Assembly: GCA_030141605.1 (NCBI GenBank)
Contig: JAQGDQ010001391.1
Span: 1 to 42,936, forward strand
Direction of reading: 5' to 3'
DNA: 42,936 nucleotides
Origin: Tubiluchus corallicola
Lineage: Eukaryota; Animalia; Priapulida
Shown: one piece after another, positions 1-15,693 of the stretch
Position numbering within the stretch: the stretch's first letter is position 1
Layout: the number at the start of each line of letters is the position of its first letter
The notes under the pieces: generated by a model
What the model saw: only the letters and a program-made list of their open reading frames with translations
Database searches by the model: none
What the model was told of the DNA's origin: nothing
Position numbers and translations under genes: made by a program

Positions 1-185
1 ATCAGTTTAACCGATAATAATAACTTTTTTATGGTCTTTACGTCGTTGCAATGATTAACTCAACAAAAATCAAGCAAAGAATTAAAAAACATAACACGAA
101 TATCTGCAGTTTAACACAACTTCTGTATCTAAAAACGAAAAAAGTATTCCAACGTTACACCACGTCCGCTAGGGGCGCTGCTTAC

Positions 186-340
186 AGTATACGTATCCGC
201 TATTGTAGCTCCCAGCAGAAGTTGCTCCGGTCAGGACCCTGAAGACAGCATAAGCCCAAAAGTTTGGCAGCATGGCTGTAACAATGGCGCACACTGTGCA
301 TATTCCTGCGCACAGTAGCAATATGGGTCGTCTTCCTTTT
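186..340 (-). CDS. SLC22-family organic cation transporter, copy A, exon 3 (155 bp)
   Basis: CAG acceptor, then KGRRPILLLCAGICTVCAIVTAMLPNFWAYAVFRVLTGATSAGSYNSGYVY, then GTAAGC donor. It completes MFS motif A (GALADKKGRR) in phase with exon 2. Later exons are not in the window. Confidence 0.93.
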
Positions 341-606
341 CTGATAAACACAAAAAATATTAGTAAGTAACACGATAAGAGAAAAGGTGGAGTGTCTGTG
401 TCGTACCCGAAATGGTCTAAGTAAAACTCTCTGTGTACAAAAGGACTATTAGGTAGTTACCCCAATGCACAACCCCCGCTGCTTGGATCTGCCTCGGACC
501 AGTCCCTTTTTTGGGTGCTCGATTTTTGTGGACGCCAAAACGGATTTGTGGACATCTTTTTTCATGGGTCACTTTCTTTGTGGATTTTTGTGTACAAGTA
601 AAAAAC

Positions 607-1905
607 GTGTCACAGTTTACAGGTTTCAGTCTTGTGTCCACAGTTTACAGGTTTCAGTCTTTGTGTCCACAAGTTTACAGGTTTCAGTCTTTGTGTCCAC
701 AAGTTTACAGGTTTCAGTCCTTGTGTCCACAAGTTTACAGGTTTCAGTCCTTGTGTCCACAAGTTTAAAGGTTTCAGTCCTTGTGTCCACAAGTTTACAG
801 GTTTCAGTCTTTGTGTCCACAAGTTTACAGGTTTCAGTCCTTGTGTCCACAAGTTTAAAGGTTTCAGTCCTTGTGTCCACAAGTTTACAGGTTTCAGTCT
901 TTGTGTCCACAAGTTTACAGGTTTCAGTCCTTGTGTCCACAAGTTTACAGGTTTCAGTCTTTGTGTCCACAAGTTTACAGGTTTCAGTCCTTGTGTCCAC
1001 AAGTTTACAGGTTTCAGTCCTTGTGTCCACAAGTTTACAGGTTTCAGTCCTTGTGTCCACAAGTTTACAGGTTTCAGTCTTTGTGTCCACAAGTTTACAG
1101 GTTTCAGTCCTTGTGTCCACAAGTTTACAGGTTTCAGTCCTTGTGTCCACAAGTTTACAGGTTTCAGTCCTTGTGTCCACAAGTTTACAGGTTTCAGTCC
1201 TTGTGTCCACAAGTTTACAGGTTTCAGTCCTTGTGTCCACAAGTTTACAGGTTTCAGTCCTTGTGTCCACAAGTTTACAGGTTTCAGTCCCCCTTGTGTC
1301 CACAAGTTTAAAGGTTTCAGTCCTTGTGTCCACAGGTTTAAAGGTTTCAGTCCTTGTGTCCACAAGTTTACAGGTTTCAGTTCTTGTGTCCACAGGTTTA
1401 AAGGTTTCAGTCCTTGTGTTCACAAGTTTACAGATTTCAGTCTTTGTGTCCACAAGTTTACAGGTTTCAGTCCTTGTGTCCACAAGTTTACAGGTTTCAG
1501 TCTTTGTGTCCACAAGTTTACAGGTTTCAGTCCTTGTGTCCACAAGTTTACAGGTTTCAGTCTTTGTGTCCACAAGTTTACAGGTTTCAGTCCTTGTGTC
1601 CACAAGTTTACAGGTTTCAGTCTTTGTGTCCACAAGTTTACAGGTTTCAGTCTTTGTGTCCACAAGTTTACAGGTTTCAGTCCTTGTGTCCACAAGTTTA
1701 CAGGTTTCAGTCTTTGTGTCCACAAGTTTACAGGTTTCAGTCTTTGTGTCCACAAGTTTACAGGTTTCAGTCCTTGTGTCCACAAGTTTACAGGTTTCAG
1801 TCTTTGTGTTCACAAGTTTACAGGTTTCAGTCTTTGTGTCCACAAGTTTACAGGTTTCAGTCTTTGTGTCCACAAGTTTACAGGTTCCAGTCTTTGTGTC
1901 CACAA
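607..1905. repeat. 30-bp minisatellite (TTGTGTCCACAAGTTTACAGGTTTCAGTCY), ~43 copies, in SLC22 intron 2
   Basis: Directly visible tandem array, with one +3 bp unit near 1290. Confidence 0.97.
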
Positions 1906-3088
1906 TTACCAAGTTGCTGACTGTTTGCATACAGGTGTCATTTACTACAGCACTCATCGAGTTTTTTGGTTGGAAGAAGCGTAAAGATGGTAAGGAAGAT
2001 GTTGAGAAAGAGAAAGAGACGGTGAAAGACAAGACTCCCACTGATCATTTCTGGATCGATGATGATGTCCAAACTGTGAGCGTTCCTGATGCTTACATTG
2101 TTCATTGGGCTACCATAAGTGGAGGAAAGCATCCGTTTACTTCCATCGAGAACTACCGAACAAAGGTTGGCTTCGGCTCTCCGACGGAGTTTTTGAACGA
2201 CTCGTTTGCTCTGACGATGATTTCAGCATTAAGAAGGAGTTCCGCCACGTATGCGTTTCATGCTCGTGGTCAGATTTTACTCTGGAAGGTAGTCCTGTTC
2301 GCCATCTGTGCACAGATAGCTTCAGGAGATCGAAGAGAAGGAAGACAACTGCAAGAAGAACCATTGACAGAGGAGAATGGTGCAAGCAGCTGATTAAGTG
2401 CTGCTTTCGCAAGAGTGATTACATCCTTTAGTGTTACAAGATCCTGTGTCACTATAATCAATGTACTTTGTCTTTGGGCTACCATAAGTGTCCCAAGAAA
2501 TGCCTAGGCGTTGTAAAATGCTATGAGATATGTCATGATGATATCGACTCTTTTAGCTTTGAAACTTACGTCCACAAATTCAAATTTCTGTACAACGTTG
2601 GTGGACCCGGTCAGGATGAACTAGGACAGGTTCTAGCTAGCTGTTAAAACTGTTACTATTACAATAGTACGGGCTGCAAGACGTTGTCAAGTGCACACAA
2701 ATGTGTTGTCTGGTACACTTAACCTTTGACCTTTTCACGATCATCATCAATCGCTGGAACTGTGAAGAGGCTTATTGGTCATGATTCGGGGCTGGAATGC
2801 CATGTTTGGACGTTGGACAGACATATGGACAATAAACACTAAGCAAATTACATAAACAAGATGTCCGTTATTCATTTCGCCTTGTAAATCCAAACATTCA
2901 CTGTTATTCAGTTGCTCATAAGCAATATTTAGTAAAAAAATAATCATGTTCACTTCGGACGAGGGTTTGGGTAAAAATACGTGAATAAATTACTCTGGTT
3001 CTTTGACCACATGCAGGTGACCTAAGTTCACGTTTCTTTGGGTTTAATGGCGTCCGTGATACTAAACAAACAGAAACCTTCAAACAAA

Positions 3089-3326
3089 GAAACCACAACA
3101 CAGCTCGCTTTCATTTGAACTGTTGATCGTTTAGAATCAACAAGTAGACTGGTACCCACATAATTTTGCTCAGAAAACGAATAGCAAAGTGGCGCCACCT
3201 ATTTTTAGAAACCACAACACAGCTCGTTTTCATTTGAACTGTTGAACGTTTAGAATCAACAAGTAGACTGGTACCCACATAATTTTGCTCAGAAAACAAG
3301 CAACAAAGTGGCGCCACCTATTTTTA
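3089..3326. repeat. Tandem duplication, 2 x 119 bp (mirror 39607..39844)
   Basis: GAAACCACAACACAGCTCG...GGCGCCACCTATTTTTA starts at 3089 and at 3208. Confidence 0.9.
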
Positions 3327-3345
3327 AAAAGTCTGTGATACTCAC

Positions 3346-3449
3346 TTGTCCGCTAGGGCACCAAACGATGGGCACCCGATGAAAAAACCCAACATGAAGG
3401 TCGCCTGTGCTGTGGCAGCCAACCAGGCATCAGAACACACCAAGTTCCA
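3346..3449 (-). CDS. SLC22-family organic cation transporter, copy A, exon 2 (104 bp)
   Basis: Polypyrimidine tract and AG, then WNLVCSDAWLAATAQATFMLGFFIGCPSFGALAD(K), then GTGAGT. The W-x-LVC motif and 104-bp size are typical of SLC22 exon 2. Not in the ORF track. Confidence 0.93.
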
Positions 3450-3629
3450 CTAGAAAAATAAATTAGGTCGATTACCAAGGACGTCAGTTACCTAAAATAC
3501 GCAAATTTCGAACTAATGCTTTTTAATTTTATAAATTGCTTCATATACGTTGTCTTTTTACTATTAAATACAGTTTCTTGGCTACTGTTAGTGTGACAGT
3601 CAATGTTGAAAAAGAAGAAGACGAAGAAA

Positions 3630-3678
3630 AAAATGATTATGATGACGAAAATGACGATAATTATGATTATGATGATGG

Positions 3679-3709
<31 letters not shown>

Positions 3710-4056
3710 AATGACGATGATGATGGTGGTAGAGGTGCTGGTGATTGTTGTGGTTGTGGTGGTGGAGGTGCTGGTGATGGTTGTGGTTGTGGTGGTGGTG
3801 GTGGAGGTGCTGGTGATGGTTGTGGTGGTGATGATGATGGTGGTGGTGGTGATGGTTGTGGCGTTGGTAGTATTGGTGTTGTTGTTGTTGATGGTGGTGG
3901 TGGAGGTGCTGGTGATGATGATGATGGTGGTTGTGGTGTTGGTGGTGTTGGTAGTATTGGTGTTGTTATTGTTGATGGTGGTGGTGGAGGTGCTGGTGAT
4001 GATGATGATGATGGTGGTTGTTGTGGTGTTGGTAGTATTGGTGGTGGTGGTGGTGT
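3630..4056. repeat. Compound (GAT)n/(GGT)n/(GTT)n microsatellite (mirror ~38877..39303)
   Basis: Visible trinucleotide repeats. Confidence 0.9.
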
Positions 4057-4363
4057 CGGAAGTGGTAGTGCTGATCTTCAGTGAGCAATTTCACCCTAAA
4101 CTAATAGATTTCATAAACGTTTAAGACATATTACTCGTTCATTTATTGACGGATTATTACGAAACGTTGAATTTCAATGTCTAATGCTTACGTCCTTGCC
4201 GTCCAGTCAGGCCAGCCACACATTAATGGGGTTAGTGACTCGCAGTGCTTATTTCTTTTGCTTGGTAATGTCAACACTAGCAGCAAGCGAAAGCAAAGCA
4301 TGTAAATTGGTGCCATACAAAGATGAGAGTTGTTAACATTGACGTGTCGTTTGGTCGACTTTA

Positions 4364-4960
<597 letters not shown>

Positions 4961-7119
4961 GAGAATGACAAGAACGAATAACAAGGCAAAACAAAAGAGC
5001 GAATATACTTATCACTTTTTAAGGCTTTCGTCTGACTCGTATCAAAGAGGTGCCTGGATTTCGAACATATCCGGGCGGCTTAAAATAACTGTAGATTAAG
5101 AAAGTGAAAATAAATTAAACTGAATTTGAACTGAACACGTGTACAGGACGTGAAACACCTTCAAGTTACGTACAGCATTAGAAAGTGCTAAGTTAGTAGA
5201 GATTAATACCAATAGTTTAGTTAATATTAGCTAACCCAAAATTATTACATATATGCAGCAAGTTATTATTACTGTCTAATGAGTAACTATAACACCAAAA
5301 CGTGGCATTAACAAGTGTAAAATTGAAATTATTAAAACACAGTAAAACGTCTCTGATTTCTGTGTGTGCAGAATCAAGCTTTATCGTCACCATGAGCATT
5401 TTTCTTTGAAATTACAGCTTTTTTTCAAGAAACTGTGGCCACTAACAGCGACCAGCATGCTTCAGGCTACAATGAAATCAAAATTCGTTTGTTTCCGAGT
5501 GGCTAGCTGTAATGTTCTAAGCATTTTCAGTGCACAATTTTTTCAAACTTTTGTTTTTGTTTCGTAACTAAGTTCTCGTATAAAAAATTACCCCCAGACC
5601 GGTTTTTTGCATTTTACCCTTTTACGCATCCCAGTAAATCTTTTCTATGACTTTTTCTAAATATGTTTTGTGCACAAAATACTTTCAGTTATTTATTTTA
5701 GGCGCATTGTCTCACCACGAAATAAAAGTGAAAATGCAATATGTCGATTTTTTAAAATTGTCGAAACTGTACTTCGCTTGTCTATACATTATACGGGCGA
5801 TGTATCTGATAAAACAAAATGTCAGTTACTCAAATTACTCCACCTAACAGAAGAAAGTAGTAGACAATAAATTCAAAATAACAATGATTTTTGCACACGC
5901 GCTAGCAATGTCGGTTGTCTACAGTTATTCCAGCATTGATGAGGGAACGTAACTAAGTGAATTTAAATTTCGTATTACTAGTAAGTAGGCCTTGGCCACA
6001 TTGTGGTGATTTTTGGCCTAATCACGTGATCAATTTGATCTGGATCAGAGGCCTACTGTGAAGTGAAGACGTGTCATAAGTTGATAAGATATTGTCGTTT
6101 TCTGTTACAATTGCTTATGATTTGGGGCTAATAACGTATGTATATCCTCTAATTACTTAAAAAAACTTAAATTTAGTTTAAAATAACAGCTAGGTATTAA
6201 TTAATACGATTGTGCAGTGTAGAACTCACTCTTAATTATGTAAAAATGACTTTTGGTTAGTGTTATTTTTTTGTTATTTGTTTATTTGTTATTTTTTGGC
6301 ACTAATTTCTTATTATGTTTAGATGGAATGACATGTTTTGGCAAATAAAGAGCAAAGAAAGAGCAAAATTTAATCGAGAGTCGAATTTGGCTTTGAAAGC
6401 CCAAACACATGCAGCACTACATGCCGCTTAATCAAGCAAATGTTTTTCCATAACCATTTGGCTGCCGGAAATTAACATAATTAATGTATTGATGATGAGC
6501 GAGAGCGTGACACGTTTGGCTTCTATTTGCAAATTCCATTTTGGAAACAGTATTCTAAACAATTTTTTCTTTCTCATTTTACTGGCTTATATTATTGGTT
6601 GACAGAATCACAGAAATTGATGGACAATGGCAACAATTCAAGTGTCAAACTGTTAATAGATATTATGAGAAATGCGCTGCAAAGGACAGAATTTCAATGC
6701 ATTGTTCACACTCACTCGCAACCGAAATCTATTTTAACTTACAGCCAAACGCGTAAAAGAGGTGACTTAATTCTTTTGCTAAAGTTTACTACTGCTGCGT
6801 ACTAGTACAGACGTCTGCTGATTAAGTATCAGAACAATTCATATTCCAGGGTGAAATTATTCCTTCTACTTGATGCAACGCTCATAGCAGCAGTGAATTT
6901 CGTTCACATTTCTATCTAATCAGACATATAAATCCCACTTAACTCAACTCCATTTATATGCAAATAAAAGCGAGTTTGCGTTTTACAGAATTGTCATTTT
7001 TGAGGCTTGTATTTGTTCTTAAGACTTTAATATCTGGATGTTGTGAAGAGTGCGAGTGAGTTTTTCATTTGTCCAAATTGACAACGTATATTTACATATT
7101 CATGCACAAATAAACAGAC

Positions 7120-8360
7120 GAATGAATGAACTAATGCACGAACAAATAAGTGAGTGGAGTGATGAGTAAATGATTGAATGAATAAATGAATAAATGCATA
7201 AATGAGTGAATGAATGGATGGATGGATGAATGAATAAATAAATAAATGAAAGAATTAACGAATGAATGAATGTATGAATAAATAATTGAATGAATGAATG
7301 AATGAATAAATAAATGAACGAATGAATTAATAAATAAATAAATAAATGAAAGAATGAATGAATGAATGAATAAATAAATGAATGAAAGAATGAACGAATG
7401 AATGAATGAATGAACGAACGAACGAATGGATGAATGAATGTATGTATGTATGAATGAATGAATTAACTAATGATTGAATGAATGAATGAATAAATGAGTA
7501 AATGACTGAATAAATGAATGAATGAATGGATGGATGACGGATGAATGAATGAATAAATAAACAAATGAACGAATGAATGAATGAATAAATAAATAAATAA
7601 ATGAAAGAATGAACGAATAAATGAATGTATGAATAAATAATTGAATGAATGAATAAATAAATGAACGAATAAATAAATAAATAAATAAATAAATATAAAA
7701 ATGAATGAATGAATGAATGAATGAATAAATGAATAAATGAAAGAATGAACGAATGAATGAATGAATGAATGAACGAATGAATGAATGAATGAACGAACGA
7801 ACGAATGGATGAATGAATGTATGTATGTATGAATGAATGAACTAATGATTGAGTGAATGAATGAATAAATAAGTAAATGACTGAATAAATGAATGAATGA
7901 ATGGATGGATGACGGATGAATGAATGAATAAATAAACAAATGAACAAATGAATGAATGAATAAATAAATAAATAAATGAAAGAATGAACGAATAAATGAA
8001 TGTATGAATAAATAATTGAATGAATGAATGAATAAATAAATGAACGAATGAATAAATAAATAAATAAATAAATGAAAAAATGAATGAATGAATGAATGAA
8101 TAAATAAATAAATGAAAGAATGAACGAATGAATGAATGAACGAACGAACGAATGAATGAATAAATGAACGAATGATTGAATGAATAAATAAGTAAATGAG
8201 TGAATGAATGGATGGATGATGGATGAATGAATAAATAAATAAATGAACGAATGAATGAATAAATAAATTAATATATAAAGGAAAGAATGAACGAATAATT
8301 GTTGAACAAACAATTGTTGAATGAACAAATGATCGACCGACCGACCGACCGACCGACGGA
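7120..8360. repeat. Complex (GAAT)n/(AAAT)n tetranucleotide satellite at the start of SLC22 intron 1
   Basis: Visible. Includes an internal ~375-bp higher-order duplication. Confidence 0.93.
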
Positions 8361-8370
8361 ATGCACTCAC

Positions 8371-8823
8371 CTCCGAGACGATTGTTTCGCCCCCTGCACG
8401 CCTGTCAAAACAATATTGTCCAGGACAGTCAACCTCCTGGCCAGTCTGATAAAACATGTGTGGCAACCTGGTCAAGTTTCCCTCCTCACTCAAATACTTG
8501 ACCAACTCATAATCTCTTCCAACGTACACCTTACATCTGGAATATTCCTTCTCCTTTTCATCGTACGGAATGCTATAGTTCTTCTGCTGTTCAGGAGTAA
8601 GGGCACTCAATTGTCTGACGGCACACCAATGATCTGGGACCTCCGCGATAAATGGAGCTACCGTGGCTTGGAAACCAAACGCCAACGTCGTCGAGGAGAT
8701 GATGAGCAACATGAAGACCTGCCATCGTCCAAGGTCCCCCGCCTCTACAAGAATCTCGTCAAATGTGTAGGCGGGTAACACTTCAGTCATTGGCTGTTTC
8801 TCTCTTCTGTCGTCTGGCGTCAT
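8371..8823 (-). CDS. SLC22-family organic cation transporter (Orct/OCT-like), copy A, coding exon 1
   Basis: MTPDDRREKQPMTEVLPAYTFDEILVEAGDLGRWQV...VPDHWCAV...YSRCKVY...CPGQYCFD...ETIVSE carries SLC22 N-terminal motifs (FDxxLxxxGxxGRxQ, PxHxC, Cys loop, TIVxE). It ends at a phase-0 GTGAGT donor. The start ATG is inferred. Confidence 0.93.
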
Positions 8824-8844
8824 TTCCACACTTTCACTAATAAG

Positions 8845-9445
8845 ACCGTTACTAATAAAAGTTTCGTTTTCAACCGGAGAACAATGCGATCGTCACCAAT
8901 AGAAGTTTAGTTTTCAACCGGAGAACAACGAGATCGTCACCAATAGAAGTTTAGTTTTCAACCGGAGAACAGTGCGATCGTCACCAATAGAACTTTAGTT
9001 TTGAACCGGAGAACAATGCGATCGTCATCAATAGAAGTTTAGTTTTCAACCGGAGAACAGTGCGATCGTCACCAATAGAACTTTAGTTTTCAACCGGAGA
9101 ACAATGCGATCGTCACCAATAGAAGTTTAGTTTTCAACCGGAGAACAATGCGATCGTCACCAATAGAAGTTTAGTTTTCAACCGGAGAACAGTGCGATCG
9201 TCACCAATAGAAGTTTAGTTTTCAACCGGAGAACAATGCGATCGTCACCAATAGAAGTTTAGTTTTCAACCGGAGAACAACGCGATCGTCACCAATAGAA
9301 GTTTAGTTTTCAACCGGAGAACAATGAGATCGTCACCAATAGAAGTTTAGTTTTCAACCGGAGAACAATGCGATCGTCACCAATAGAACTTTAGTTTTCA
9401 ACCGGAGAACAATGAGAACGTCACCAATAGAATTTTAGTTTACAA
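8845..9445. repeat. 44-bp minisatellite (TTTTCAACCGGAGAACAATGCGATCGTCACCAATAGAAGTTTAG), ~13 copies, just upstream of the SLC22 ATG
   Basis: Period 44 (8911, 8955, ...), with degenerate units at both edges. Confidence 0.95.
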
Positions 9446-10197
9446 CAGGCGACTAATGTGATCGTCTCCACTCACCAATAAAAGCTAATTTGGCAATAAG
9501 ACAACAATACACGTAAGTTGGTCATCAACAGAAGTTTAATTTGCAGCACTGAGGTCCACAATTCGACCGGGCGAGCCGTCCCATCTGCATGTGATACTAG
9601 TTTCGATGAACTATGATCTAGGCTATTCACATTGTAAACAAATTACCTGTTTACATCTTTGCCAGTAGTCTTTTATCACTGCCGCTTAATAGAAACATGA
9701 TCAAAGTTTAAATATAAGTTTTATTCATTAAAAGTAGATCGACGATATACAGCAAGTCTTCCCATTGTAGACTTTTATCAGTATTTATCGTACTGCCAAA
9801 CCATTTTTGATAAATGCAGACTAATAAAAACTAGGAGAACGTTTTTTCGTAGACTCAAGCTTCCGCTCCGCCGTGACTTAGGTTTGCGAAGAGTTTATTT
9901 ACTACAAAGTTTCACAGGAACATTAGCAGCTGCACTTTCCTAATTCTAGCGAGGTTCACTGTCTAAACACACCAAGTAACTCATAGTTTATGTTATTCTG
10001 GTAAACTTTGCCTGAAAAAGAAAGCCTCTGTCAGGGGGCGTAACGGGAGTCTGTATCCACAGAAACAAAGAAGTGTTCACATAGCGGTCAACTACGTGCA
10101 TGTATTACCGTAATCATTCCAGCTATCCCAGATTTTTAATACCAACACAGGAAGTCATTTCCTGGTAATATTTTTTAAAAGTATGTTTGTATAACCG

Positions 10198-12036
<1,839 letters not shown>

Positions 12037-12544
12037 GTCGATCAATTTGAAGAAATTTAAGCAGACACGTGAAACAACTTTCCGTTTAGGCTTCCGGTTC
12101 TTGTTGTGAGCCTTATCACGTGCTGCCCTCTTTTATCGAAATTGTCAAACAGGCTACACTAACTTATGGTTCTTGTGGTCAGATTGCCAGATTTCCTCAC
12201 ATGGCAAGAACTTTCGGTCATTCTGTTTTACACGTTACTATGAAGCTGGTTTTCTTTGGAATTGTTGAACAGTAGTCAATGGCATTAAATTTCGTTTTTG
12301 GCTTTGCCAGTTTATTATAATTTGCAATCTCTAAAATCGAATTAAAATTTTCATGGAAACGATTTAAATTGTTCTGCAAAAAGTTTTCCTCACCACAATG
12401 CTGGAAAAGTTACAATTCGTTTAATCTCTAGTTAAAAATTTAATAATTTTAAGACCAATTTATAGATGTATGATTCGACCAATAACATAAATGATAACAA
12501 CTTTAACAAATTGTTAGTTTAATTCTACTCGGAATACTCGGAAT

Positions 12545-12968
<424 letters not shown>

Positions 12969-13215
12969 GTAAACGGTATTTACAATAGTTAAATATTACA
13001 ATTACGTTATATTACGTTATTATTACAAAATTTATTCCATTTTTAAAGTTTAAGTACATAATTACAGTTTTCAACAAACTTATTTTGTAGATCATATTCA
13101 AAATTCTGGTAAACTACATTTAAAGACAAGCATTAGAATTACACTATACACAATCTTACATTATTAACTAAAACAACAGGTAGGCTCAATTTTGTAAATT
13201 TTGTTTTTCCACCCA

Positions 13216-13788
13216 AGGCGTTCACACTAGACAGTAACTCGCAAGTGTGTTTAGACTAGAGAGCAAAGCTTTCTGCGAGTTACTCTCCGACAGTAAACGC
13301 TAGCTGACACTCACTTCTCTATTCACTGCAAGAAGTGTCGAGAGTAACTCGTCGAGGCGTTCACACTAGACAGTAACTCGCAAGTGTGTTGAGACTAGAG
13401 AGCAAAACTTTCTGCGAGTTATTCTCCGACAATAAGCGCGAGCTGGCATTTATTTCTCTATTAACAGCGAGAATTATCGAGAGTAACTCGTCGAGGCGTT
13501 CACACTAGACAGTAACTCGCAAGTGTGTTCAGACTAGAGAGCAAAACGTTCTGCGAGTTATTCTCCGACAATAAATGCGAGCTGGCATTTATTTCTCTAT
13601 TAACAGCGAGAATTATCGAGAGTAACTAATCGAGGCGTTCGCACTAGACAGTAAATCAACACGCAGAAATTACCGAAGAGTTTGCAATGACTTGCCCGAC
13701 AATTACTCGCAAAGCAGTTCACACTTGCGAGTTTGCTGTTAGAGAGTAATCTCCCAACAGAAAACTCGTTACTTTGAACGCGCCTTAA
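13216..13788 (-). mobile_element. Non-autonomous DNA-transposon-like element (PIF/Harbinger-like end) with 3 x 139-bp internal tandem units
   Basis: Units begin AGGCGTTCACACTAGACAGTAA at 13216, 13355, 13494 and 13633 (the last partial). The element ends TGAACGCGCC|TTAA and is homologous in inverted orientation to 18693..19160. The superfamily is inferred from the terminus only. Confidence 0.6.
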
Positions 13789-14109
13789 TGGAATTCTTTT
13801 AGCCTGGTGACATTGATTCTATGACTGCAATCGTGCAATAAATCCATAGCATGTAAACTTTTCAACCAAAATTTAGCAGAAAAAATGTAAAAAAGTGTGA
13901 CTGAGCCAGGAATTGAACCGGAAATTTTAAATTACAAGAAATGATCGTAAGAAGAATTTACGCGAAATCTAATTTTTTCTTTCCTGACTGTAAAGTTTCG
14001 TTTCAAAATTTTAAATTTGTAGGTTTAATCCATTACGATCATTAACGCTGAAATTTCAAATTTGAAATAATTAATTCATGAGAACAAGTGGAACTTTGCG
14101 AAACGCTTC

Positions 14110-14705
<596 letters not shown>

Positions 14706-15284
14706 AGTAACTTTTAACTTTTACATAAAAACGTGCAGCAGCTGAAAAGTTAATCAAAATCCAATTAAAAATGACTAAGCAAACAGACTACAAGCGCATG
14801 CGCAGAAAGTCTCTTAAACTCATCGTTTTCGTCTCATTAAACGTTTGTGAGTTTATTATGGCATAAATCAGCCGCCTTGTGCATGCAGCGCACCTAGCGG
14901 AGGAGCGCGGAAACAGGACATTTTATCACAGAGAGCAGCCAGTGAAGCCTGACGAGACAGGAGATTTTAAGACAGAGAGAAAGAGAGAGAAATTTTAACT
15001 ACTGTGAAATGTGGAGACGTCATCACTAATGCTGTACGAGATCTTTGAAGTTTCTGGATGTTGAAGCAGAGACTGTATAATTGATGAAAGTGCTGCCCCC
15101 TGGTTTGCGGGAATGAAAAGAGGCTGCTGTCTCGCGAGTGCATCAGTCTGTTGCATTGCAGGATAATGAGAAAGCATTTGTTTATGTGTAAGTCACGTCA
15201 GGGGTAGGCTTCTGTGTGTGATCTTGTAAAGATGCGAGCACGACTGCTGTAGAAAACACAGGTTTGTACTGAATATGATTGTTG

Positions 15285-15410
15285 TCATCATCACTGTCGT
15301 CGTCGTTATCGTCATCATCAATAGTGTCGTCATCATCAATGTTATCACCGTTTTGCCAGTATTTTATTTGCGTCATTATCACCATTATGAATATAATCAT
15401 TACAACTGCT

Positions 15411-15480
<70 letters not shown>

Positions 15481-15520
15481 CCATCAATCATCATCATCAC
15501 CATCGTCATCGTCATCACGA
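15285..15520. repeat. (ATC)n microsatellite (mirror ~27414..27650)
   Basis: Visible. Confidence 0.9.
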
Positions 15521-15693
15521 AGCTAAGACAAGTTAAAAGTTGTGTAGACCGAACGTGTTTTCTTATTTGAACATTTAATTTATAAAATTTAGTTTTTTTA
15601 ACGGAAATCTAAACTCTGGCAGGTTATTAGAAACTAAGGTGTTGATTACTTTATGTAAACGTTGTGGCTGGCGGTTGGCATATGTGTCAAACT

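Noticed and set aside
465-2393. 642-aa ORF and overlapping 250-540-aa ORFs (and mirrors at 40540-42520)
   Set aside because: They arise from a largely stop-free 30-bp minisatellite open in most frames on both strands, inside SLC22 intron 2.
7327-8370. C-terminal ~350 aa (FIHS repeats) of the 500/515-aa ORFs
   Set aside because: Read-through past the GTGAGT donor into an (ATTC)n intronic satellite. Only 8371-8823 and 34094-34546 are exon.
8299-8778. 159-aa ORF antisense to SLC22 exon 1 (mirror 34139-34618)
   Set aside because: Shadow frame of the real exon with no recognisable motifs.
13890-13925. tRNA-like B box on the minus strand (GGTTCAATTCCTGGCTCAGTCA followed by a T run)
   Set aside because: No A box, D arm or anticodon arm can be folded upstream. 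At most a SINE or tRNA relic.
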